Source of the DNA: Mobula hypostoma
Lineage: Eukaryota
Assembly: GCF_963921235.1 (NCBI RefSeq)
Contig: NC_086097.1
Coordinates: 223,326,001-223,390,000, forward strand
Length of the DNA stretch: 64,000 bases
Direction: 5' to 3'
In this document: piece by piece, positions 13,922-25,960 of the stretch
Numbering within the stretch: the stretch's first letter is position 1
How the letters are laid out: the number at the start of each line of letters is the position of its first letter
Notes under the pieces: model-generated
What the model saw: the letters and a program-made list of their open reading frames with translations, nothing else
What the model was told of the DNA's origin: nothing
Databases searched by the model: none
Made by a program: the position numbers and the translations under genes

Positions 13922-14175
13922 CCAACTGCTCCTGCTCACTTTTGAACTCTCTCTCCCTCTACGTAATCCAAAGTCTCCTCCGGAACTGTGGCATGCAAAA
14001 TGTGCCAACTGCCCCCACTTGCTTCTTTTAAACTCTCTCTCCCTCTACGTAATCCAAAGTCTCCTCGGGAACTGTGGCATGCAAAATGTGCCAACTGCCC
14101 CCACTTGCTTCTTTTAAACTTTCTCTCCCTCTACACAATCCAATGTCGCCTTGGGAACGGTGGCACTCAAAATGC
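13922..14175. repeat. Tandem repeat, 86-bp unit, about 3 copies
   Basis: aact(c/t)tctc...ccctcta recurs at 13945, 14031 and 14117. Confidence 0.9.
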
Positions 14176-14449
14176 ATAAAATATTTGCGTGTAGCAATTT
14201 TCAAAAAGCAACTATTGGTCTATGTTGTGCTCAGCAGTGAGTCTGCGTAATTAATTAGAAATACAAGAGCCAAGGCACAGGAGTTTACACTGCTGAGTAG
14301 AAGAACTGGGAATACAGGTGCGGTCATTTTGGACATTACATATATCATCCAAAATTAAATTTTGCTGTCAATTTCTGCAATATGTCGGATTACTTAAAGT
14401 TATATCGGTAAGTGAATTCCTCCTTTCACCAATTAAGCTTGCCATTAAA

Positions 14450-14850
14450 CAAGAGGAAATCCGCAAATGCTGGAAATCTGAGCAACACACACAAAATGCT
14501 GGAGGAACTCAGCAGCCAGGCAGTATCTATGGAAAAAAGTAAAAGTACAGTCAATGTTTTGGGCCGAAGCTCTTCCACAGGACTGGAGAAAAAAAAAGCT
14601 GAGGAGTAGACTTAAAAGGTGGGGGGAGGGGACAGAGAACCACCAGGTGACTAGTGAAACCTGGAGTGGGGGGAGATGAAGTAAAGAGCTGGGAAGTTGA
14701 TTGGTGAGATGAGGTGAGAGAGGGAAAAGGGGATGGGTAATGGAGAGGGGAAGGTTTTAGGGGGCATCACCAGAAGTTTGAGAAATCAATGTTCATGCCA
14801 TAAGGTTGGAGGCTACCCAAACAGAATAGAAGGTGTTATTCCTCCAACCC
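14450..14850 (-). mobile_element. Penelope-like element 3' fragment (endonuclease C-terminus + terminal repeat, degenerate hammerhead)
   Basis: Homologous to 52880-53405. Confidence 0.8.
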
Positions 14851-15529
14851 AAGCCTGCTACTGATGAAGAAACAAGAATTACTCACAAATACTCAATCAG
14901 AACCCATGCAAGTTAATCAATGTCAGAAATAAACAACAATGCTCAGCACACCCACAATATGGTTGTAGATGGTGATCACAACGCCGAAACTCATGTCACT
15001 GATGCACATTCCAAGTCATTCTTAGAGTTCCAATGGGGAAAATATTTCACAGATTTGAAAGGGCAATAACAACACAATATAAAATCACAGGACAAAACAA
15101 ATAAAAGATCTCCCCATAACATGGAGGTTAGATTTTTCTGTAGTGTGATCCATCGATGGCTGTATAGAAACAAGACCAATTCCTCAGCAAAATGGGATAG
15201 AGAAGTCAATCATGTTCCATCACAGAAAGCAAGATGAAAATCAATTGCTCAACATTCCATTCATCTGAGACAACTTGGCAAGTGCTGGAAATGCAGACTG
15301 CACAGATGCAGATATTCATGGAATGGATAGAAGGCATGTGGAATGGATATCAAATTAACAAGGCTGCTGGAGTTAGTAAGACCATTGCTACTCTCAGAAA
15401 GCAGAACAATCAATGTGAGACAGAAGAGAATAGAATGGTATTTCATATTATAATAGAGGAAGAAAAACATTCTGGGCAGAATTTTTCCTACAAAACCAGC
15501 CTCAAAACAGTTCTTACAGTAAAATAATA

Positions 15530-16505
15530 GTCATAGAAAACTACAGCACAGAAACAGGCCCTTCATCCCATCTAGTCCATGCTAGATCATTAGACTTCCT
15601 AACCCCAACTACCTGCACCCAAACAATATCCCATGTATAGGCCTATCCACATTTCTGTCCAATGTTGAAATCAATCCTGCTTCCACCACTTGTGCTGGCA
15701 GCTCATTCCACACTCGCAGCACCTTGAGTGAAGTTATTCCTCCCCTTATGTTCCCTTAAATATTTCACCTTTCATCCTTAACCTATGACCTCTAGTTGTA
15801 GTCTTATCCAGTCTCGGTGGAAAAAGCCTGCTTGCATTTACCCATCTACACATCTCATAACTTTGTATATCTCTATCAAATATTCCCTGAATCTTCTGCA
15901 TTATAGGGAATAATGTCCTAAGCTATTCAGCCTTCTCCTATAACTTAGGTCCTTAAGTCCCAGCAACAACACTGAATTTTCTCTGCACTCTTTTAATCTT
16001 AATTACATTTTTCCTGTAGGTGAGTGACCATAACTGCACACAATACTTCTAATTAGGCCTCACCATTAGGCTGTATACAATTTCAACATAACATCATAAC
16101 TCCTGCATTTAATACACTGATTTAGAAAAGCCTATGCCCAAAAAGTTTTCTTTATGTTCCATATCTACCTATGATGCCACTTGAAAGCAATTATGGATCT
16201 TGATTTCCAGATCCCTCTGTTCTTCTGCACTCCTCAGTGCCCTACCGCTCACCTTGTAAGTCCAGGTTTGTCCTCTCGAAGTGCAACACCTCACATCTGC
16301 CTGCACTAAATTCCATCTGCCATTTTACAGCCCATTTTTCCAACTGCTCTGGATCCCACTGCAGTCCTTGATAGTCTTCCTCGCTGTGCGCTACATCCTC
16401 CATCTTGGTGTCATCCGCAAACTTACTGATCCAGTTTACCACATCATCATCCAGATGACAAACAACGACAGAACCAGCACTAGTCACTGTGGCACTCCAC
16501 TAGCT
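15530..16505 (-). mobile_element. CR1 LINE 3' part
   Basis: ISKFADDTK...KWQMEF in ORF 16242..16487; tail catagaaaactacagcacagaaacaggccc. Confidence 0.85.
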
Positions 16506-16509
16506 TCAA

Positions 16510-17020
16510 GCGCTGTGTTGTGTCCTTTGTGTGAGATGTGGGAATTCTAGGAGACCTCCAGCCTCCTGGATAACCACATACGCATCAGGTGCACCGAGAT
16601 GCGGCTCCTGAGAAAACTTATTAAGGAAGTGGATGACCTTCAGTTTATATGGGAAACTGAGGAGGTGCTAGATAGGAGCTACAGGGAGGTTGTCACCCCT
16701 AAGTTGCAGGTGGAAGGTAACTGGGTACATTTCAGGAGAAGGGAAAGGAAATGGGCATCCTGTGAAGAGTAACTAGTGGCCATTCCCCTCAACAATAAGT
16801 GTATTGCTTCAGATGCCATTGAAGGAGATGACCTACCGGGGGAAGTTGCAGCTACAGCAACCGAGTCCCAGGTACTGAGGCTCAGAAGGGAAGGGGGAGG
16901 AGGGAAGGAAGAGGATTCAAAGTAATGATAGTGGATTCCATAGTCTGAGGAGTAGACATGAGATTCCGTGAACATGAAAGCGACACCTGGATGGTATGTT
17001 GCCTCCCAGGTGCAGAGTTA
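16510..17020 (+). mobile_element. CR1 ORF1 fragment (zinc finger and SGNH-esterase-like region)
   Basis: C.LCEMWE, IVDSIV.GVD and MVCCLPGA motifs. Confidence 0.65.
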
Positions 17021-17139
17021 GGGAGTTAAGCATAAAGCTGAAAAGAAGGACCCACCAGGTTAGTCATCTCTAGATTGCTGCCTGTGCTACGTGCCAGTGA
17101 GGGTAAAAATGCAATGATTTGGCAGATGAATGTGTGGCT

Positions 17140-18290
17140 CTGGAATTTGGATTTTCAGAAAACCTTTGACAAGGTAGTCCACATGAGGCTGCTAAATAAG
17201 ATGAGAGCCCATAGTATGAGAGGAAATGTACTAGCATGGATAGAGGATTGGCTGCTTGGCAAGATGCAAAGACTGGGAATAAAGGGGGCCTTTTCTGGTT
17301 GGCTTCCAGTGACAAATGGTGTTCTAAAGGGGTCAGTGTTTGGATCGCATAACATGTCAGTGATTTGGATGACAGAATTGATGGCTTCATGGCCAAGTCT
17401 GCAGGCAATATGAAGACAGGTGGAGGGGCAGATAAGCTTGAGGGAGCAGGGAGGCTGTAGAAGAACTAAAACAGATTAGGAGAATGGGCAAAGAAGTGGC
17501 AGATTGAATACAGTGTCAGGCAGTGTCTGGTCATGCACTTTGATGGAAGGAATAAAGGTGTGGACTATTTTCTAAATGAGCAGAAAATTCAAAAATCTGA
17601 GGTGCAAAGGGGCTTGAGAGTACTCTTGCAGGATTCCCTCAAGGTTAACTGGCAGGTTGAGTCAGTGGTGAGGAAGGCAAATGCAATGTTAGCATTCTTT
17701 TCAAGAGAACTAGAATATAAAAGCAAGGATTTAATGTTGAGGCTTTATAAAGCACTGGTGAGGCTTCACTTGGAGTACTGTGTGCACGTTTGGGCCCTTT
17801 ATCTAAGAAAGGACGTGCTTTCATTGGAGAAAGTTCAGAAGAGGTCCATGAGAATTATTCTGGGAACGAAAGGGTTATTATATAAGGAGTATTTGTTGGC
17901 TCTGGGCCTGTTCTCACAGGAGCTTAGAATGAGGGAGATCTTATTGTAGCCTTTCAAATGTTCAAAGGCTTCGACAGAGTGGATCTGAAGAGGATGTTTC
18001 CTGTAGGAGTCTAGCACAGCGTCAGAATAGAGGGAAGTCCATTTAGGACAGAGATGAGGAAGAATTCTTTTAGTCAGAGGGTGGTGAATATGTGGAATTT
18101 GTTGCCACAGGCGGCTGTGAAGGCCGGGCCATTGGGTGTAGTTAAAATGGAAGTTGATATGTTCTTGTTTAGTCAGGGCATTAAAGGTTATGGGGAGAAG
18201 GCAGGAGAATGGGGTTGAGATGGAATAAAATGGTGGATAAGACTTGATGGGCTGAAAGACCTAATGCTGCTCATATCCCTTGGGTCTTCT
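17140..18290 (+). mobile_element. CR1 LINE RT 3' part
   Basis: LDFQKTFDKVVH; LYKALVRLHLEYCV. Confidence 0.85.
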
Positions 18291-18294
18291 GGTT

Positions 18295-19793
18295 CAGTGG
18301 TACAATTTTGCCACTGGGTATCCTTTAGCTCTTAATATACTGTGTCTGTAGAAGCCCTTAGGATTCTCCTTCACCTTGTTTGCTAGAGCAGCCTCACACC
18401 TTGTTTTAGCCCTCTTGATTTCTTTCTCAAGTGTTCTCTTGTATTTCTTATACTCGTTAAGTTCTTCATTGTTCCTAACTGCTATGTACCTCCTTCTTTT
18501 TCTTAACCAGGGACTCAATATCTCTTGAAAAACAAGGTCCCCTAAGCCTGTTATCCTTGCTTAATATTCTGACAGGAACATGCAAACACTGTATTCTCAA
18601 AATTTCACTTTTCAAGCCATTGCTCTCACCATATGCACCTTTGCCAGAAAACTATTGGTCCCAATCCACACTTGCCAGATCCTTTCTGATCCCATCAAAA
18701 TTGGCCCTTCTCCAATTTAGAATCTCACCCTGAGGACCAGACTTATCCATAATTACCTTGAAACTATTGACATTATGATCATTAGATGCAAAGTGTTCCC
18801 TACACCAGGGGTTCCCAACCTTCTTTATGCCATGGACCAATACCATTAAGCAAGGGGTTCATGGGCCCCAGGTTGGGAATCTCTGCTCTCCACCAACATC
18901 TATCACCTGCAAGTCTCATTCCCTAATAGGAGCTCTAGTCTCACACTCTCTCTCTAGTTGGGACTTCTGTGTTCTGATTATGGAATCCTTCCGGAAAACA
19001 TTTGACAAACTATCCCAACCAGCCCCTTTCCAGTCTGGGAGTCCCAGTCAATATGTGTAAGTTAAAATCAGCTACTATCACAATCTAATGTATCTTGTCA
19101 CAGTTTGCGATCTCTCTGCAAATTTGTTCCACTAAATTTGCTTCGGTCTATAGTATAATCCCATTAACATGGTCATACCTTTCTTATTCCTCAGTTCTAC
19201 CTTTAAAGCCTCACTAGACAAGCGCTCCAGCCCATCCTGACTGAGCACTGCCATGACATTTGCCCTAAATAGTAATGCCACCCCTCCCCCTTTAATCCCT
19301 TCTGCTCTATAACATCTAACACAATGGAACCTGAGACATTGAGCTGCCAGTCCTGCCCCTCCTGCAACCAAATCTCACTAATGGCTGCAATGTCATAATT
19401 CCACATGTTGATCCATGTCCTACGCTCATCCCCCTTTCCTACAATGCTCCTTGCATTGAAATATATGCAGCTCAGAACATTAGTTCAACATTCCCAACAT
19501 TTTAATTCCTGACTTTGTATATAGGCTCAACAACACCTCCACCATCTATTCTGGCACTCTGGTTCCCATTCCCTTGCAACTCTAGTTTAAATGTCCCCCC
19601 TCTTGCAGCACCAGCAATCTTTCTGGTAGGATATTAGTTCCCTCTCCAGTTCAGGTGAAAACTGTCCCTTCTGTGCAGGTTCCACTATCTTTGGAAGAGA
19701 GCCCAATGATCCAATAATCTGAAGCCCTCCCTCTGCACCATCTCAGCAACATGTTAAACTGTATGATCTACCGATTTCTGGCCTCACTAGCAC
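18295..19793 (-). mobile_element. CR1 LINE fragment (ORF1 end and endonuclease region)
   Basis: WNYDIAAISEIWL, KGGGVALL, MGLYYRP, VKENPKGFY. Confidence 0.82.
18806..18885. mobile_element. 80-bp hAT/Charlie-like MITE
   Basis: Terminal inverted repeats caggggttcccaacc / ggttgggaatctctg; flanking 8-mers ccctacac and ctctccac (6/8 match). Confidence 0.75.
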
Positions 19794-20279
19794 ATGGCAT
19801 TGGAAGCATTGGAAAGGGTACAGAGGAGATTTACCAGGATGCTGCCTGGTTTAGAAAGTATGCATTATGATCAGAGATTAAGGGAGCTAGGGCTTTACTC
19901 TTTGGAGAGAAGGAGGATGAGAGGAGACATGATAGAGGTGTACAAGATAATAAGAGGAATAGATAGAGTGGATAGCCAGCGCCTCTTCCCCAGGGCACCA
20001 CTGCTCAATACAAGAGGACATGGCTTTAAGGTAAGGGGTGGGAAGTTCAAGGGGGATATTAGAGGAAGGTTTTTTACTCAGAGAGTGGTTGGTGCGTGGA
20101 ATGCACTGCCCAAGTCAGTGGTGGAGGCAGATACACTAGTGAAGTTTAAGAGACTACTAGACAGGTATACGGAGGAATTTAAGGTGGGGGCTTATATGGG
20201 AGGCAGGGTTTAAGGGTCGGCACAACATTGTGGGCCGAAGGGCCTGTACTGTGCTGTACTATTCTATGTTCTATGGCAT
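19794..20279 (+). mobile_element. Young 5'-truncated CR1 insertion
   Basis: Uninterrupted 139-aa ORF2 C-terminus (LERVQRRFTRMLPG...), tattctatgttct tail, 7-bp duplication atggcat at 19794-19800 and 20273-20279. Confidence 0.9.
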
Positions 20280-21814
20280 GGGTAGCAATCTGGGATTTCC
20301 CATATTCTGGGGAAAAAGAGTAAAAAAAACTATATATGCATTCTGACAGTATTTTGTCTCTATACTCTTATCAGAAAATTATATCGTCCAATATTAATTA
20401 ACAAAACATCATGCAGACAAAAAGTGCAGTGTACAATTTAATTTCATATATTTGAAAATAAATCTGTACAAGATCGCAGTCACAATCAACAGGGATCCCA
20501 AAGTTTCAGACTGGTGAGAGCAACATGTGAATTTAATAAAGATCATGTTCTATACATTTGCTAAATCTGCATTAACTGTTTGAAAAAGCACCAGCAACGA
20601 TCACAATTCCCCCAATTGCTCCTTCCTCCGGTAATTCTTTACCGTCAGCCAGCTGGATGGAACAGCATCTGCAATGGCTCTATTTTTACCTTTCCAGTTG
20701 TTGTCAGAGAACGTACACCGATACCCCAAAGAACCTGAACTCAAATGATGGGTCTCAGCCTGAAACATCGAATGCCCATTTCCCTCCACAGGTGCTCTGT
20801 GACCCTCTGAGGTCCTCCAGCATCATGTTTTTTTGACTGAGAAATGTATTTTCAACAGGTTATTTTTACTTCCTGTATCAGAACAACCTTTTGAAAATGC
20901 TTTTGCATATTAAAGTACACTTCGGTGATCTGTAGAAATATTTGTCGTTTATTCATTGTGAAATTTGCAGATTTTCAGGAGGAGCAACACAAGCTGCTGT
21001 GCTTCCCCAGTGATCACTGGCTAATGTTATAATTAATATTTGAACGAGAGGAGTGGGTAACTGTAGTATGTAGACTACTCTGTTCCATCCACAAGATCAC
21101 ACTAATCACAGTCTTTATATTATGAAACTCTGAATGTATAAAGTCAAAGAAATCAGTGAAAGACAACAGATTTCAATCCTGGTGTGGTATTCTACTGATT
21201 TCACCAGAACTAACGACTTCCTGTGGTTTAGAACATAGAACATATTCATGGTTCTGGTTTGCACCCACTAAACTGATGGCCCTTAACATCCACAATGATC
21301 AATTCACATAACCCTATTGTTTGCTGTTTTTCCGTTTTATTATTACATAGGATTTGAAAGGCAGCCAATTGGCCTTCTATAATCTAGGCCACATGGTAAC
21401 CAAGTACTCCTTGGTGAATTATTTAATGTAAAAGCTATTTATTTTTCTTTTTATGTCAAAGTGCATAAAATGAATAAAAACAAGCTTCTTCCTTTTAACA
21501 TAGCTGCAATCAGTCCCCAGTAGGCCACAGCTCCAAATGCATAATAAATTTATCTTTAAAAGAGAGGTTTGCAGCAAATAAATAACTGTTTCCTCTCTGA
21601 CTTTCATTGCTATTTTTACCTCCCATTACCAAGGTTAATCCACATTGCAGTTGGCAAATATCTGGTGCAAAGTTATTGCTATTATCTTACTGGATACTAC
21701 CAGGCTACTTCTCCACACAGGGGATCAGTACCAAGAGCTACTTTTCATCTGATATGTATTTCCAGAGGGGCACTGAACAGAAACAGGAAGTTGGACTGAT
21801 GACTCTGCTCACAC

Positions 21815-21980
21815 TCAGAATGCTGGAGGCAGCATCTATGGAAAACAGTACAGTTGACAGATCTCACCCGAAACATCGAACATACTTGTTTCCATAGATG
21901 CCGCCTGGCCGGCTGAATTCCTCCAACATTTTGTGTGTGTTGCTTGGATTTCCAGCACCGGCAGATTTTCTCTTGTTTGT
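21815..21980. mobile_element. Penelope-like terminal repeat remnant, partly inverted
   Basis: atgctggaggcagcatctatggaaa followed by ttccatagatgccgcctggcc...attttgtgtgtgttgc. Confidence 0.7.
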
Positions 21981-23354
21981 GCTGACTCCGCTCTACCAAC
22001 TGGGGATCACTGTTTGAGTTGCCAGCATAAATATACAACCACTGAATTTGATTGTCCCAATGCAATGACTTTTGGCCCGCTTCTTTCAGTTGATCTCCCC
22101 CTCCTTAACTCTTCTACACTTGTACAAATTGGAGCTATCCTGTTTACCCACCAGCCTCTGCTGGCTGACCTTCAGTAGCTCTCAATGCCACAATTTCAAA
22201 TACCTGTCTCCGTATTGCCTCAAACACTCTTCAGAGCTAGCTGCATGTCTGCAATTCTGCCCTCGAGAATACAGATTTTAATCTCTTCTTCATGCTGGAG
22301 TGCCTTCAGCTGCAATGGCATGAGCTCTGGAATTCATTCCCTAAACTCTCCCTTCTTTATAACTCTATTTCATCTTTAAAATCCAACTTTTTGACAAATT
22401 TAGGTAATTTAGTCCTGTGGCTCATTACAAATTCTGTTGATAACACTCAATGTCATATTGCTTTTAGGGTGTTATATAAACACAAGGTGCTGATACTGTT
22501 ATAAAGGCAACACAGAACGGAGATCAAAGGAGTGACTTTACTGATGTGTATTGATTAAAAACACAACAATGTATGTACCTGCTATGCTATGAAGAAACCC
22601 TTCTGGCCATATCTGTCAACATTGCCCAAGTATTTTTTTTAATCTTGATACCAGAATACTGCTGTCAAGACTTCAATAGTAAATTACAGAATATAACTGG
22701 CTGATTAATTTGGCAATTGACACAACAAAAGAAATAAATAATTTATACCTATTGATTCAAATACCAACACAAAATTATACCTAACCATTTACAGAAAAAT
22801 AATTTCCATAATTGAGCCATGCAAGAAAATAGGGGGAAAAAAAGAACCTTAGTTTCTCCAAGGAGAGTTGCACTACCATATATTTTGATGTTGATGTAAG
22901 GGATCCACAATTAGAATTATTTTAATTTCCAGAATTTCCAGAATCATTCTTGCTTATGACAAACAAGCTACAAAATAAGCAATTGGCAACTTCACCAATC
23001 AAATTTGGATTTAATCTTGATCCTTTGTCTTCTAGCACTTAACAACATTCCACTGAATTTATGTACAATTATTCTTCAGACCAAAACATAACCAGCCAAG
23101 ATGTTGCAAAGGAAAACAGAACACATTTGTTACTCAGTAGCCTACACAGCAGATCCTATCATTACATACATGCACTTAATGCAGAAATCAAAATGCTTAA
23201 TTGCTCAGCAAATCCAGGAGGTTTGCCGTAAATATCTCCAAGCCTGGTCTTCACCATATATGTATGTCAGGCTGCTATACCCACCAATGAGTACAAAATA
23301 AAAGGCCTTTTTAAAAATCTATTGTGATACAAATTAATCTTAAGAGTGATCAGT

Positions 23355-23610
23355 TTGAAGGAGGTACAGAAGCCTGAAGGCACACACTCAATGATTCAGG
23401 GGCAGCCTCTGCCATCAGATTTCTGAATGGACATTGAACCCATGAACATTACCTCACTACTGTTTTTATTCCTATTTTTGCACTACTTATTTAATTTTAT
23501 ATATATACACACACACACACACATACTGTAACACATTTTTCCTCTCTATTATATATTGTACCGCTGCTATATGCCAGAGATATTAAATCTGATTATGATG
23601 CTGATTATTG
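23355..23610 (+). mobile_element. Rex1/Babar 3' end fragment
   Basis: aggtacagaagcctgaaggcacacactca...attaaatctgattatgat tail. Confidence 0.75.
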
Positions 23611-25667
23611 CCAAATAATCTTACTATTGTAAAACTTAACTTTAATGTGTGCCATTGCTTTGAACTTTATTAGACTTAAAATAATTACATCTGTAAATTA
23701 AAACTTCCTAATATTTTTGCTGTCTTTTCTTGCTATCTTAAACCTATGTTTCATTCCCTCTCTTGTTCCTCCTGAGCAATGATTTACACGATTTCTTTTT
23801 AAACTTAAGACACCCTGATTCTGGCTTTGTATGCTTCAGTGTGGATTCATTCACCTCATTTATTATGGTGACACCCCATTGCATTTTCCTGTTCTTGCAG
23901 ATTTTTGATCTATCCCTTGTCGAGAACTCGCATCTTCAAGTACCTCTGCAAAAGGCTGCAGAAGTCTATAAGCATGTGCTAAAAGTATTAAATGGTTACC
24001 AGACTATTACTTTCCTCTGACTGTAAAATCTGGAAAAATCGGTAGCTTAAATAGTTTTAAAATTAAGTCAAATCTCAGAAAGTAACCGTGAATACATCAG
24101 CAATTTACCACAACATTGCTAATTAAGCACATATGAAACAATGTGGTTAACCAGTGACAAACAAAATTAGCTTTTATAATTTACTCTTAATTCGAAATTA
24201 TTACTTGATTACATTATCCACTGTTTTAAACACAGACATTTTGTACTTTAAAAGCAATTGAATAAATAAATCATACCTACTAACTAGCTCTGAATTGAAT
24301 GGTCTGCAAGTGCACATTACAAATTAATTATTACCATGACAATATAGCATTTTTACCAGGCTAGAAAAATAGCTTAACAAAAATTGTTCTATTGTTTTAA
24401 AAAGTTATCACTGTAGCTGAATGCTTCTTGTATAGTCTAAATGTCGAATGCTGATTGAAATTCTGGCAGGTTCTTTTAGTAGGGGCATGTTGGTGACACA
24501 ATTAAGAATTTAAAGTCAACATTCTTAGTTTAGTAGGATTTATGGTGTTTAATGCACTGTATTGATTATAGTGATTTAACAACAGTCATATGACTGGGAA
24601 TTGTCCATTGTTTTATGTTTAGCATTAGTGATCTGTTCATATTACTTCACAGTTTGAAACTTTATAGGCACTCTGTTCAAGGATTATTTGGACATTTTGG
24701 GCAACTGGGAAATGGTGTAACAAAACATTAATTTTTCAGTACAAAATCTCAAAAAGAAATGGCGTGCATAACTGTGAATGCTGGTAGTTGCAAAATTCTT
24801 TGATGACTTATTTGGTTAAGGAGTTTACACTATTTAATAGCACGACATGGAAGCAAATTGTTTCCGACTGATTTATGGTCCATGTTGAGTCAGTTTATCT
24901 CAGGTGGAATGCAACAATTGGTCTAAAAAAACTATGGGATAGGAAGGCGAAAAGAATCAGTTAACATTCCTGCTCTAACTACAATCTGAGAACTCCAGCT
25001 GGAAAGAACATATGTTTGTCTGTTGGGTGAGGGAAAGATAACGCTTGGTTGCAATGGTTTCCATGATTGAACAGCCTGCTGACATTGATTGTTTGGTTTA
25101 AAATAATAACAAGATGGATTAGATACTGTAGTCTGCTAGCACAGTGGATTGCAACGCATTAGGCATCTGTGCCCTCACATGACCATAGTAAAGCACATTT
25201 TCACTTACTTCAACTGTGTGCTTAGGTCAGCAGTCAGGTGAGGAGCAAGTCTAGTTGTTAATCAAAAATAAACAATAATACAAATAAGCCTTTATCAACC
25301 TCTGAAGAATCCTTGCAAATTTTGGACTCTGATTTGCCTAAAACTTACTAATTGCCAGCATGCAATTAAGAAAGTTAATACGATTTTCAAAATTTCTCTC
25401 AAATTCAACTTTCTGAAACTTACCATCTCTGTTGAAAGAAGATCTAAGAAAAGACATGCAGAAAATAGGACAGACAGTGGTTCTGTTTGTTAAACTTGAT
25501 CTTAACCAGTTAAAACATTAAAAATACTTCACTCTCAAACACTGAAGTACCCTGATAAATTTGCAAAATAAAAGAGAATGCAGCAAATTATACTCGTGGT
25601 TTAACATACCCTATGATTTTTTTTTAATGCGTAAAAATTAACCATTTAGCGGTTTCACTTTCCCCAC

Positions 25668-25960
25668 CTGAAAACCTTGGATTCTGGCTAAGTACTCTAG
25701 CTGTTGAGAGGGTTGTACTGCTGAACAGGGGGAAACTGGTGCTTTGCCTTTCAAACTTATAGCTTCTGCAGTTGGGGATGTCCCATTCAACAGAAGCTCC
25801 CTTGCAATAGTTGCTGTGTTGCTTGTAGAGCTGAAGAATGAACTACATCCTTGGCTTATTTCTTTAGATGTCAGATAGTTCATTGTAGGAGCTGCCTTAT
25901 TACGACTTGCTTCCATTTCCTGGTAAACATCAGGGGAAAGATGGAGAATTCCTTTCTGGG
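25668..25960 (-). CDS. stau2: Staufen homolog 2 coding exon: tubulin-binding-like region, Staufen-swapping motif (TATIARELLLNGTSPTAEAI) and start of dsRBD5 (QPSQQLEYLARIQGFQ)
   Basis: 293 nt, acceptor tttctttcattttcag/ and donor /gtgggg, phase 1-0. KGILHLSPDVYQEMEASR is characteristic of STAU2 rather than STAU1. Confidence 0.96.

Noticed and set aside
1..25667. Remaining stau2 exons (rest of dsRBD5 and C-terminus)
   Set aside because: I searched by eye. Chance matches (HDQ at about 2265 with an in-frame stop upstream, VQMT at about 3380 inside an RTE remnant) do not hold up. The exons probably lie beyond the window, although a diverged one could have been missed; tBLASTn would settle it.
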